Both the position numbers and the translations under genes were made by a program. From the NCBI RefSeq assembly GCF_004010195.1, contig NC_057719.1, positions 87,195,317 to 87,259,316 on the forward strand: a stretch of 64,000 nucleotides of DNA, in the 5' to 3' direction. Position 1 is the first letter of the stretch, and the number at the start of each line of letters is the position of its first letter. The notes under the pieces were generated by a model that saw nothing but the letters and a program-made list of their open reading frames with translations, did not search any database and was not told the origin of the DNA. Positions 35,908-48,440 of this stretch are shown one piece after another. The stretch is from Chiloscyllium plagiosum (Eukaryota).

Positions 35908-36448
35908 TTATAGAGTCATAGAGATGTACAGCACAGAAAAAGACCCTTCGGTCCACCTTGTCCATGCTGACCAGACATTCTAACCTAATCTAGCCAGCAC
36001 TTGGCCCATATCTCTCCAAACCTTTCCTATTCATATACCTATCCAGATGACTTTTAAATGTTGTAATTGTACCAGCCTTCACCCACTTCCTCTGGCAGCT
36101 CATTCCATATACATACCACCCTCTGTGTGAAAAAGTTGTCCCTTAGGTCTTTTTTATATCTTTCCCCTCTCATCCTAAACCTATGCCCTCTAGTTCTGGA
36201 CTCCCCCACCCCAGTGAAAAGAGTTTGTCTATTTATCCTATCCATGCCCCTCATGATTTTATAAACCTCTATAAGGTCACCCCTCAGCCCCCAATAGTCC
36301 AGCGAAAACAGCCCCAGCCTATTCAGCCTCTCCCTATAGCTCAAATCCTCCAACCCTGACAACATCCTTGTAAATCTTTTCTGAACCCTTTCAAGTTTCA
36401 CAACATCCTTCCGATAGGAGGCAGACCAGAACTGCACGCAGTATTCTG
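35908..36448 (-). mobile_element. CR1 LINE 3' end
   Basis: EYCVQFWSASYRKDVVKLERVQKRFTRML...RGDLIEVYKIM. Confidence 0.85.
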
Positions 36449-37029
36449 GTGAAATAATGCACAATTGCTCAGATTTCTTTTGCCTCTTGGAGTATTTGTG
36501 AACCTCCCCCAAATTGCCACCCCACATACACACACACATGCAAGCACACACGTCCACACACATCTCTGAATCCCAACCTACCTCAGTGTCTGACACCAGG
36601 TTTATTTCTGTCTGTGCAGTGAGAGTTCGGATTCTGAGGTTGGGTGAAGATGCACACTACGCTTAGCTGCCCCCCCACCCCCCACGCCCTCGGGTGGGTT
36701 GTGACCTTGTCACTGACAGTTCCACTGGGAATGGTTGGCATTGGAGAGGATGCTGGGTATTTACTCTGAGGCATTAAGGACACCATTTGCTCTTGCACTG
36801 ACTTCAGAGCCATGTGTGTCTCCTTCACCTCATCAGAACATGAGAAACAGGAGCAGGAGTAGGCCAATTGGCCCCTCAAGCCCATTCCAGCATTCAATAA
36901 GGTCAAGGCTGATCTGATGGCTTCCTTGACGCCACTTTCCCGACTGACCCTCCACCCCAGCTCCAACCCCATAACCTTTGGCTCCCTTGTAAGATCAAAA
37001 ACCTGTCTATTGATCAGCCACATTTAAAC

Positions 37030-37530
37030 ATAAATAGAAGGCCAACAGAGCAGGTCAGAAGCTAAGAATACTGCAGCGAGTAACTCAACTCCTGACTCCC
37101 AAAAGCCTGTTCACCATCTACAAGGTACAAGTCAGGAGTGTGATGGAGTATTCCCCACTTACTTGGATGGGTGCAACTCCAACGACACTCAAGAAACTTG
37201 ATACCAACCAGGACAAAGTAGCTCTCTCGATTAGCATTACAGCCACAAGCATCCACTCCCTCCCCTACTGATGCTCAGTAGCAGCAGTGTGTACCATCTA
37301 CAAGCCGCACTGTAGAAATTCACCAAAGATCCTTAGAAAGCACCATCCAAACCCATGACCACTTCCATCTAAAAGCTCAAGGGCAGCAGATACATGAGAA
37401 CACCATCACATGCAGATTGCCCTCCAAGCGACTCACCATCCTAAATTGGAAATATACTGCTGTTCCTTCACTGCAGCTGGGTCAAAATCCTGGAATTCCC
37501 TCCCTAAGGGCATTGTGGGTCAACCTACAG
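37030..37530 (+). mobile_element. LINE 3' fragment (CR1/L2 group)
   Basis: QVRSVMEYSPL.W...TTLKKLDT.QDK-like RT C-terminal remnant. Confidence 0.6.
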
Positions 37531-39094
37531 ATCAAAACTGATTTCGGTACTCTAGGTATGATCTCAGCAATGTGCCATACTTTCCTACATTTATACTCCA
37601 TCTACAAAGTATAAATACCTCCCTATTTCTCCCTCTTTTTATTTTTGACAGAAGGTCAGTTCGATTTGAAATGTCAGCTCTTTTCTCTCCTTACAGATGC
37701 TGCCAGACCTGCTGGGATTTTCCAGCATTTTCTCTTTTGGTTTATACTCCAGCTTGCTTGTTAAAAAAACATTCTATTTGAGTTACTAATTACTTGCTGT
37801 TCCTGTATGTTAACGTTGTGTGATTCACATACCCAGATGCTCTCTGCAGTCTTTCTTCATTTAAGTTGCATTCTGATTTTATACATTTTCTGCTAAAGTG
37901 GACTAGATGACTTTTTTCCACATTATACAGCGTCTGCCACATTTTTGCTCACTCAGTCTCTCTCCCTGCTATCCCTCTGTGTTCTCCCCACAGCTTGTTT
38001 TCCTACATCTCTTTGTATTGTCAGCACATCTGTCTACAATATACTCTGCTCCCTCATCCAAGTCATTAATACAGATTGTAAAGCACTCCAGCACTGTCAC
38101 ATTCTGCTGGTTACTGTTTGCCAACATGTAAATGCGCTATTCAATCCCAATTCTCTGATTCCAGTCAGTTAACCTGCTATCTGTCCTGATGATATACCAC
38201 CTCCAATGCCATCATCTGTAATAACCCTTAACGTGGCACCTTATCGGATAGCTTTTAAATATGCTACATAGTGTAAGGTGAAGGGAGATTCCCTTTTCAA
38301 TGGTGATGGGGAGATTAATATAGATAGTATGGGTCAGTCCATCCATTTTGATGCATTTGTCAGTTCACAGTCCTGTTATCTATCACAGTTCCTGGTCCCT
38401 GCATCATTGTTGGATGCAATAACAGAATGATAGGATTGATAAGATGCAGAAAGATGGCAATTCAGCCCATCATATCTCTGAATAATCACATCATTGTGCT
38501 ATTCTCCTGCCTTTTCCCATACCGTTGCATATTGTTACTGTGCAAGCAAACATCCAATGACCTCTTGAATGTCTCAATTGAACCTGCCTCCATCACATTT
38601 TCAGATGGTGCATTCCAGACCCTCACTGTGTGAAGACGTGTTTTCTGATACTATGAGATGAACAGATCAATACACACAATTTGCCATCTTCAGTCAGGGA
38701 GCTGTAGGGAAGGTGATGGCTTTGTGGTGTTATAGCTGGACCGTTACTCCAGAGCCATTTCTATTCTTAGTTCAGACTGGTGTCAAGGAGGGCTGTGTCA
38801 ATGCCCCAACGCTGTTCTTGATCTACCTCACTGTGACGCTTCATCTCACTGCTGACAAGCTCCCTGCTGGAATGGAGCTAACTTACAGAACCAATGGGAA
38901 ATTATTCAACCTCTGCCACTTTCAAGCCAAAACCAATGTCACCCCAACCAGTGCCATTGAGCTGCAGCATGTGCATGATGCTCGTGTATTTGCAAACTCA
39001 GAGGATGAACTCCAGTACATTGTCAGCACCTTTACAGAGGCATATGAGAGCATACGTCTCACCCTGTACATTCGCAAGATGAAGGTCTTCCACT

Positions 39095-39316
39095 GCTGAA
39101 AATGTGTTGCTGGTAAAGCACAGCAGGTCAGGCAGCATCCAAGGAACAGGAGAATTGACGTTTCGGGCATAAGCCCTTCATCAGGAATCCTGATGAAGGG
39201 CTTATGCCCGAAACGTCGATTCTCCTGTTCCTTGGATGCTGCCTGACCTGCTGTGCTTTACCAGCAACACATTTTCAGCTCTGATCTCCAGCATCTGCAG
39301 ACCTCACTTTCTCCTC
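39095..39316 (+). mobile_element. Short palindromic Penelope-like-element-derived insertion (family A) with back-to-back hammerhead cores; 14-bp TSD
   Basis: About 90-bp near-perfect inverted repeat centred near 39187; perfect TSD GAAGGTCTTCCACT at 39081-39094 and 39317-39330. Confidence 0.85.
39185..39222 (+). ncRNA. Minimal type-I hammerhead ribozyme motif
   Basis: GAATC-CTGATGA-A-GGGC(TTAT)GCCC-GAAAC-GTC-GATTC: stem I 5 bp, stem II 4 bp, palindromic ACGT stem III, GUC cleavage triplet. Confidence 0.7.
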
Positions 39317-40624
39317 GAAGGTCTTCCACTAACCTGGCCTTGCATTGCAGAGTGAACCGCCGATCATCAAGGTCCATGGAGAGGGCTTAGAGAAAGTTGG
39401 CCACTTCCAATACCTTAACAGTGTCCTGTCAACCAAAACAGTTATTGATGAAGAGGTCCAGTGCCATCTCCAGTGTTGCTAGCATAGCCTTTGGCTGTCT
39501 GAGAAAAAAGGTGTTCAAGGACAACAACATCAGATTAACACGAAGATGTAGTATCATGTTTACATAGACTGTAGACTGTTTGCTGCAGTGTGGGCTGTAT
39601 ATGTACTCTGTAGGCTGATTGGTGTTGTTACAGTTTATGTAGACAGCAGACTGATTGCTGAAGTGTAGTGCTTATACGGACTGTGGGCCGATTGATGTTG
39701 CACAGTGTTTATTTATATTGTAGACTGTTTGCTGTAGTGTGGGGTTTGAATCGACTGTGGACTGATAGCTGTAGTGTGGCATTTATATAGACTGCAGACT
39801 GATTGCTGTAGTATGTAGTCTATATGGACTGTAGACTGATAGTTGCATTGTGGTCCTTATATGAACTGCTTGAAGTCATGTGGAGTTTATATAGACTGTA
39901 GATTTATTGCTGTAGTGTGGGATTTAAATAGACTGGACTTTTTGCTGCAGTGTGGTGTTTAAATAGACTGTGGACTGATAACTGTAGTGTGAGTTTGAAT
40001 CGACTATAGACTGATTGCTGTAGAATGGAACTTACAGTTGCTGTAAACTGATTGTTAAGTGTGTAGGGTTTATTTGAACTTTAGACTGATTGTTGTAGTG
40101 TTGTGCTTAAATAGATTTTCTAGACTGATTGTTGTACTGTAGTGTTTACATAGATGGTAGGCTGTTTCTGTAGTATTGAGTTTATATAGATTTTTTGTGA
40201 TTGCTGCAGTGTGGAGTTTATAAAGACTGTAGACTGATCGGTGTAGTGCAAATAGACTCAATGCACTCGTCTGGTGTTTAAAAAGACTGTAGACCAAATT
40301 GCTGTAGTGTTGAGTTTATACAAGCTGAGGACTGCAGGTGTTGGGTGGTGTTTATAGACTGCAGACTGATAGCTGTGCCATGTTTTAAGTAGATGGTAGA
40401 CTGATGGTTGTTGTGTGGGATTTGAGTGGACTTGTAACCGATAGCTGTAGTGCAGCATTTTACAGAATGCAGACGGATTGCTGTCATATGTGATCTATAT
40501 AGATTGCAGATTGATTGTTCTGGTGTGGTATTTATATCAACTGCTTGCTGTCATGTGGTTTTTACATAGACTGTAGACTGATTGCTGCAGTGTGATCTTA
40601 TTTAGGCTGTTTGCTGTAGGGTTG

Positions 40625-42418
40625 ATTGATTGATAGATTTATTGTTGTCACATGTACTGAAATCCAGTGATAAGTGTTGTTTTGTGTACTGTACAGGCAG
40701 AATCGTACCATAGAAAAAGCATCAGAGTGAAGAATACAGGGTTACAACCACAGACAAGGTGCAGAGAGAGAGATCAGAACTAACATTTGAGATGTCCATT
40801 CAAAAGGGTGATAACAGCAGGGAAGAGGCTGTTCTTGAAACTCTTTGTACGTGTATTCAAATTGTTATATCTTCTGCCTGCTGGAAGAGCTGAGAGGGTT
40901 CTTTGATTATGTTAGTTACTTTCTCAAGGCAGCGGGAGGTATAGGTGGAGTCAATGGATGGGAGGCTGGTTTGTGTGATTGGACTGGGTTGTATTCACAA
41001 CTCTGTAGTTTCTTGGGGTCTTGGGTAAAGCTGTTGTCCATACCAAGCTATGTTGCATCCAGATAGCATGCTCTCTGTGGTGCATCTATAAAAATTGGTA
41101 ACAGTCTTTGTGAACACACCGAATTTCCTTAGCCTCCTGATAAAGTAGAGGTGTTGTTGTGCTTTATTGACCGGTGTATTGACATGGGGCCCAGAGCGTG
41201 CCCTCCACTCTGCTTACTGAAGTCAATGATCAGCTCCTTTGTTTTGCTGATGTTGATGGAGGGATTGTTGTCTTTACACCGTGCCGCGATGCACTCAACC
41301 ACTTTCCTGTACAACGTCTCATCACTGTTTCAAATTCAACCTACAACAATAGTGTCATCAGCAAACCTGTAAATGGAGTTGGGGTGGGATTTGGCCAAAC
41401 AGTTGTGAGTGTATAAAGAGTATAGTAGGGGCCTGAGTACACAGCCTTATGGGGCATAGGTGTTGAGGACTATGGTGGAGGAGGTGTTGTCACCTACTCT
41501 TACTGATTGCAGTCTGTGGGTCAGGAAGTCAAGGATCCAGTTATAGAGTGGGGAGCCAAGACCTAAGTCTCAGAGTTTAGAAGTTAGTTTGTATGGAATT
41601 ATGTGTTGAAGGCAGAACTGTAGTCAATAAGTAGGAGCCTGATTATCCAGATGATCCAGAGATGAGTGTAGGGCCAGAGAGACGTGGTCTGCTGTGAACC
41701 TGTTGTGCTGGTAGGCGAACTGCAAAGGATCAAGGCAATCTGGCAGGCTGGAGTTGATGTGAGCCATGACTAACCTCTCAAAGCACTTTGTAGCTATGGA
41801 GGTCAGAACCACTAGGCGGTAATCATTCAGGCACACTGCATGATTTTCCTTTGGCACTGGGATGATAGTCTACTTCTTGAAGCAGGTTGGGACTTCAGAT
41901 TGTATAACGAGAGGTTAAAGGTGTCAGCGAATACTCCCACCAGCTGGTCCGCGCATGATCTGAGTACATAGCCAGGATTCCATCTGGCCCAGTTGCTTTC
42001 CATGGGTTCACTCTCAAGAAGACCAATCTAATGTCTGTGGTGGTGACCATGGGTACAGGTACTTCTAAGGCTGTTGGGATAGGTGACATCGTTTCACTGA
42101 CCTTCTGTTCAAAGTGAGCAGAGAATGCATTGAGCTCATTGGTAGGGATGTATTGTTTCCCACGATTTTGTTTGACTTCACTTTGTAGCCCATTATGTTA
42201 TGTAAGCCTTGCCATAAATGACAAGTATCCATTTGGTTGGTCTGGGGCTCATGATTAGTTTGGTATTGCTTCTTGGAGTCTCTGATGGCCTTTATGAAGG
42301 TCGTACGTGGATTTTCTGTACAGGTCAATGTTGCCTGACTTGCACACCTCAGATGAGGTCTTCAGTAGGGAGTGGATCTCCTGGTTCATCCATGGTTTCT
42401 GGTTGGGGAACATTCCGA
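40625..42418 (-). mobile_element. Rex1/Babar-clade LINE remnant
   Basis: [45 protein letters not shown]. Confidence 0.78.
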
Positions 42419-42786
42419 CTAAATAGAGTGTAGACTAATTGCTGTAGTGTGAAGTTTATGGACTGTAGACTGATTGCTGTAGCTTTGTGTTTAAACAGAC
42501 TCTATGAACTGATTATTATACTAATGTATTTACATGTACTGTAGACTGATAGCTGCAGGGAAGTATTTATATAGACTGTGGACTGACTTCTGCAGTGTGG
42601 TGTTTAAGTAGACTGTACACTGACAGCTATAGCGTGGTGTTTAGCTAGACCCTAGACTGATTGCTGTAGCATGTTGTTTATGTAGACTATAGACTGATAG
42701 CTGTAATTTAAGGTTTGAATTGACTGTGGATTGATTACTGTAGTATGGAGATTATAGTGGTTATAATTGTTAAAGTGTGAGGTTTA

Positions 42787-44205
42787 TGAAATACCTCTTC
42801 TGAGGCCAGCATCCCATCACCAATCACCCTTTGTTTGCAAATCCATAACATTTGCCTCTCACTGAGTCAGGCATTCAGCATCTCAATATCCCTGACATTC
42901 ATTCTTTTTTTTCGTTTTTTTCTCCATAAAGTGACATTCATCCTTTTATGTCAGCCCAGGTCTCCCTAATTGGACCACATTAACAGCCCCAATCGGGGAA
43001 CTCATATTCAATGGGGAGCAGCTGGCTGAACTCATTACAGTCACTACATGCCTCCCCCTCTGAGTCCACAGACATACAATGGTCCAATTCCTTTGAAAGC
43101 CACCTGGGGCATTGTAAATGGCTCAGGTTCCGCCAACAGGAGGCGTGTAATGAAGGGGAACTCGTCTCTTGTGCCAGATGTGCCTTGGTAGAATTTCTCT
43201 CCCTCCTTCTGGAGGCAGAAGCATCGAGACAGTTCCTTCTGCCATGTCCACCTCTGATTCAGAAGATTCCACAACGTTCGATGGAGAGGGTGAATCAAAA
43301 GGCCTTTAAGTAGGGGACAGGGCAAGTTTTGGTCCGGCATAGTCTGTGAATTTGCAGCTTTCAAATGGTCCATATGCTTATTTAGAACCTACACAAACTT
43401 TATGAATCACTTGGTCCTGACCTATGCTTCTTACCTATACAGGGCCATTTCCATGATTTTTGCACCAAACGTTGACCCTTGTATCAAACTGTCTCTCTCA
43501 TTTGGCAGACTTTTGTGTCTGACATTGGTGTTCCTGATGCTATCTCATCCTTCTCCCCAGATCCGGGAAGACCAGATTTAACCTGGTGTGGAGTCTTCGA
43601 CCCCTTAGCAACTTTGCTGGAGCTATCCCTGTAATTGCATGTGAGGTGGTCCTATAATAAATAAGATCTGTGACAGCTTAATGTATGGTGTGGCTTTAGG
43701 CCAGTTTTCTTCAAGTCAGCCAGTCTTCAAAGTTTGGACTGCTCTTTTTGCCAGGCCATTGGATGGTGGGTGGTATGGAGCTGTCCTTGTATATTTTTGG
43801 CCAAGAAAAAATAATGCATTCTTTCCACATAGTGGGCCCATTTCTCTATGGCAGGATCGAATGAGTCAAGCTTCCTGGTCAGAGGCATGATTTAAGGAAA
43901 TGCTTACCCCCATCCTCAAAATGACTGCTGTGAGCGAATCTATAAAGGATCATGTTTTACTCTCTTTGCCACTGAAATAACTTTTCAGAGGCCAGCATCC
44001 CATCACCAATCACCCTTTATTTACAAATGCATAGCATTTCACAATAGCACTGCCTCTAACCGAATCAGGCATTCCAGGGGCTCAGTATCCTGACATTCAT
44101 CCTTTTATGTCAGTCAGGGCTCCCTGATTGGACCACATTAATAACCCAAATCAGGGAACTCATATTCCATGAGGTCCATCTGTCTGACCTTGTAACAATT
44201 ACTGA
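42787..44205 (-). mobile_element. Internally deleted Gypsy-type LTR retrotransposon (LTRs 42787-43048 and 43973-~44205)
   Basis: Direct repeats; polypurine tract GAGGGGGAGG before the 3' LTR TG; PBS-like TGGCAAAGAG after the 5' LTR CA; integrase remnant TAPYHPPSNGLAKRAVQT. Confidence 0.8.
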
Positions 44206-45778
44206 CGTTTATATATGTTGCAGGCTGATTATAGTAATGTTAAAGAGACTCTCTGGACTAATTGTTGCAGTGTGATATTTATCTAAACTTCAGGCTATTT
44301 CTCTAATGTATAAAGACTGTTTTATTTTATTGCTGTCGTGTGGAGCTTATAGAAACTGTAGACTGATTGCTGTAGCGTCTTGTTTGAATAGGCTGTAGGC
44401 TGAATGCTGTAGTGTGGTGTTTTAAAAGACTGTAGATTGATTGCTGATGTGTGGTGTGTTAATAGACTGCAGCATGATTGATGCAGTGTGGTGTTTAAAT
44501 CGACTGTAGACTGATAGTTGTGGTGTGGTGTTTGTATCAACTGCTTGTTATCGTGTGCAGTTTACATAAATTGTAGACTGATTGCTATAGTGTGATTTCA
44601 GTTAGACTGTTATAGTGTGTGGTTTAAGTAGATTGTAGACTGTTAGCTGTAGTGTGGAGTTTAAATAAACTGTAGACAGCTGATGTGTGGTGTTTTAATA
44701 GACTGTAGACTTATTGTTGTCGTGTGATTTTTGCACTACATGTTGTAGACTGAGTGTTCTTGTTCTTGGGGTTAATATAGACTTTGTAGTGTTGGGTTTA
44801 TGTAGACTGTAGACTGATTCTTGTAGCGTGGTGTTGAAATCAACTGTAGACTGTTGTACAGTAGATTGTTTGCTGTAGTGTGGTGTAGTAGACTGTTACA
44901 CTGTGGGGTTTATATCAGCTTTAGACTGATTTTGGTAGTGTTGTGCTGATTCTGTAGCATGGGCTTCATGTAAAATGTTTTGAATGCTGTAGTGTGGGTT
45001 TATAGAGACTGTAGGCTAATTGTTGCTGTATTATGGCATTTATGCATACATATTATGCCACAATGGTCATTTATATAGACTGCAGACTGATTGTTGTAGT
45101 GTGGTATTTAATTGGACAGCAGATTCTTGTTGTTGGGGTTAATATAGACTGCAGACTGGTTGCTATGGTATGGTGTTTATAAAAACTGCAGACTAATTGT
45201 TGTACTGTGCTTTGTAAATAAACCTCAGACTGTTGTAGTCAGGTTATATAGGCTGTAGATTGATTTCTATGGTGTGGTGCTTAACTAGGCTCTGTGGACT
45301 AGTTGTAGTGTGGTGTTTGTATAGACTGTAGACTGTTGTAGTGTGATGTATTTACAGATTGTAGACTGATTGCTGTAGGAGGGAACTGAGACACATATTT
45401 CCCTCCCCTCTTATGTCAGCTTTCCACAAGGTCCATTCTGTCTGGGATATCCTGGTCGACTCCCCCATCTCCCCACACCTTCATGGCACCTTCCCATGCA
45501 ATTTCTTCAAAAGCACACTTTGCTCTCATTGCCACTGAAATAACTCCACAAAGGCCATTATGTCATCACCAAGTCACTCTTAATTTTGTTACAACACGGG
45601 GTAAACCACTCCCTGCTAATTTAAACCAGCAACACAGAAAAGATTTACCTCTGCGAAATTCGAGAGGCAAAGAACTATCCCAAAAGTAAAAATTAACAAC
45701 TTTTTTTTAAAAGTCTAACAGAGAATATTAACTAACAACTATTTAGAACTCATTTATCTAAACCTATCTGTTTAGATA

Positions 45779-46052
45779 GGGGTGGCATGGTGGCTCAGTG
45801 GTTAGCACTGCTGCCTCACAGCACCAGTTCAATTCCTGCCTCAGGTGACTGTCTGTGTGAAGTTTGCACATTCTTCCTGTGTCTGCGTAGGTTTCCTCCC
45901 ACAAACCAAAGACGTGCAGGTTAGATGTGAATTGCCCATTGTGTCAAGGGTAAATATAGGGTAGGGGAACGGGTATGGTGGATTATTCTTTGGAGGGTTG
46001 GTGTGGACATGTTGGGCCGAAGGGCTTGTTTCCATACTGTTGGGAATCTAAT
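45779..46052 (+). mobile_element. HE1-type V-SINE nested in an LTR-like element
   Basis: Same head and V-domain; ATCTGTT on both flanks. Confidence 0.75.
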
Positions 46053-47214
46053 CTGTTACCTTCCCCTCTATAATACTGGTCTGATAAAACCCCTGATTAA
46101 GGTTTACTGAAAAATTCCAATTTCAAAACTGACCAGCTGTCAAATCTTCTCTTTGTATCTTCCTATGTAGATTTGCTCTCCAGGTCAGTGTTGATGTTTT
46201 TCTCTGTGCAAATGCCTTCTCTCGGCAGGTACCTCTCAGAGTTCTGCCTCATAGCCTACATCTGTTGGTCTTTGGGCAGTTCTCCCTCAACTGTTCAATT
46301 TTTTCCTGGTTTTATATCCCAAAGCATTGGATCGTTTCATTGGTGTTAACATTGTCAAAATATTAAATTCAAACTTGATTGGAGTTTGGTATCTTGGGGT
46401 ATAATTTAAACTGACTGGCTGAATTTGAATTTGTTTTTGTTTCATAGCAACACAGGTACTGTTAGCTGTTCAATCAAATGTTACATTTTAAATTTTCCAA
46501 TACTTTGTGTACTTCTCTAAGTCCTTGATAGCTTTTCAACTTCCTTAAAGATACAGTTACACCTTCATAACAACTTACATGTGGAAAGTTCTTGACACTG
46601 ATCCAGCTCTCAGTATGTCGGGATATCTGACACTCCTGGTTGTATCTGTCAGCCAGGGGTCTCTGATTGGACCCGATTAAGAGCCCCAAACAGGGAACCT
46701 ATATATTCTATGAGGTCCACTTGGCTGACCTCATTACAATCAATACATTTGTCTGGGATATATATGGAATCTGTACTCTGGTGGTTGTAGTGTAGAGTTT
46801 ATATAGACTGTGGACTGATTGCTATAGTGTGGGTTTTAATTGACTTTTTTTTATTGTTGTAGTATGGTGTTTAAAATGTCTATAGACTGATTGTTGATGT
46901 GTAGTGTTTTAATATATTCTGCACAATGTAGTGTGTTTCTACAGACTATAGGCTGATTGTTGTGGTGTTGTGTTTATGTAGACTGTAGGCTGATTGTTTA
47001 GTCTGGGGTATAGATAGAATGTTGGCTGATTGCTGTAGTTTCGGGTTTATATAGATTATTGACTATTTCCTGTAGTGTGCGATTTATATAGACCACCGTA
47101 AGTTGATTAATTCATGTGAGGTTTACCTAGACTATAAGCTTGTTGCTGCACAGCTATATAGACTGTAGCTGATTTCAGTCATGTGGTGTTCAAATAGACT
47201 GTAGACTGAGTTTT

Positions 47215-48440
47215 GGAGTCATAGAGTTATACAGCACAGAAATTGACCCTTCAGTCCACTTGTCTATGCTGACCAGATATCCCAAACTGATCCAGTCCTA
47301 TTTGCCCACATCCTTCCAAACCCTTCCTATTCATGTACTCATGCAGGTGCCTTTTAAAAGCCTCCATCACTTCCTCTGGCAGCTCATTCCATACACGCAC
47401 CACCCACTCCGTGAATAAGTTGCAGCTTAGGCCCCTATAAAATCTTTCCCCTTTCATCTTAAAGCTATGCCCTCTAGTTTTGGACTTCCCAACCCTGCAG
47501 AAAAGACCTTGGCTATTCACCTATCCAGGCTCCTCATGATTTTATAAACCTCTCTAAGGTCACCCCTGAACCTCTGACACTCCAGGGAAAAAGAAACCCA
47601 GCCTATTCAGCTTCTCCCTATAGCCCAAACCCTCCAATCCTGGAAACATCCTTGTAAATCTTTTCTGCACACTCTCAAGTTTAGATTAGATTAGATTAGA
47701 TTACAGTGTGGAAACAGGCCCTTCGGCCCAACAAGTCCACACCGACCCGCCGAAGCGAAACCCACCCATACCCCTACATTTACCCCTTACCTAACACTAC
47801 GGGCAATTTAGCATGGCCAATTCACCTGACCTGCACATCTTTGTGACTGTGGGAGGAAACCGGAGCACCCGGAGGAAACCCACGCATACACGGGGAGAAC
47901 GTGCAAACTCCACACAGTCAGTCGCCTGAGGCGGGAATTGAACCCGGGTCTCTGGCGCTGTGAGGCAGCAGTGCTAACCACTGTGCCACCGTGCCGCCCA
48001 CAACATCTTTCCTATAGCAGGGAGACCAGAATTGAATGCAGTATTCCAAAAGTGGCCTCACCAATGTCCTGTACAGCCATAACATAAAATCCCAACTCCT
48101 GTACTCAATGCACTGACCAATGAAGGCAAAAGTGCTATACATCACCCTGTCTACCTGCGATTCCACTTTCAAGGAACTATGCACCTGCACTCCTAGGTCT
48201 CCTTGTTTGGCAACACCCCCCCAGGACCCTACCATTAACAGTACAAGTCTTGCCCTAATTTGCCTTACCAAAATGCAACACCTCACATTTATCGAAATTA
48301 AACTCCATCTGCCACTCCTCAGCCCGTTGACCCAACTGATCAAAGTCCCGTTTACTCTGGACAAGCTGCTTCACCAATTTTGATGTCATCTGAAAACGTA
48401 CAAACCGTACCTCCTTTACCCAAATCATTTATGTAAATTA
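47215..48440 (-). mobile_element. CR1 LINE 3' part
   Basis: DLGVQVHSSLKV...LYRTLVRPLLEYCIQFWSPCYRKDV. Confidence 0.85.
47682..47999 (-). mobile_element. Near-intact HE1-type V-SINE inserted into a CR1 LINE
   Basis: Intact CpGs, (TCTAA)n tail; splits the CR1 sequence caagtt|cacaacatc. Confidence 0.85.

Larger units (their letters stand above)
38760..39545 (+). mobile_element. RTE-clade LINE reverse-transcriptase remnant (target of the 39095 palindromic insertion)
   Basis: TGVKEGCVNAPTLF...YRTNGKLFNL...ELQHVHDA (degenerate YADD). Confidence 0.7.

Noticed and set aside
47920..47999. tRNA-like A/B-box sequences
   Set aside because: These are heads of HE1-type SINEs followed by a V-domain and tail, not tRNA genes.
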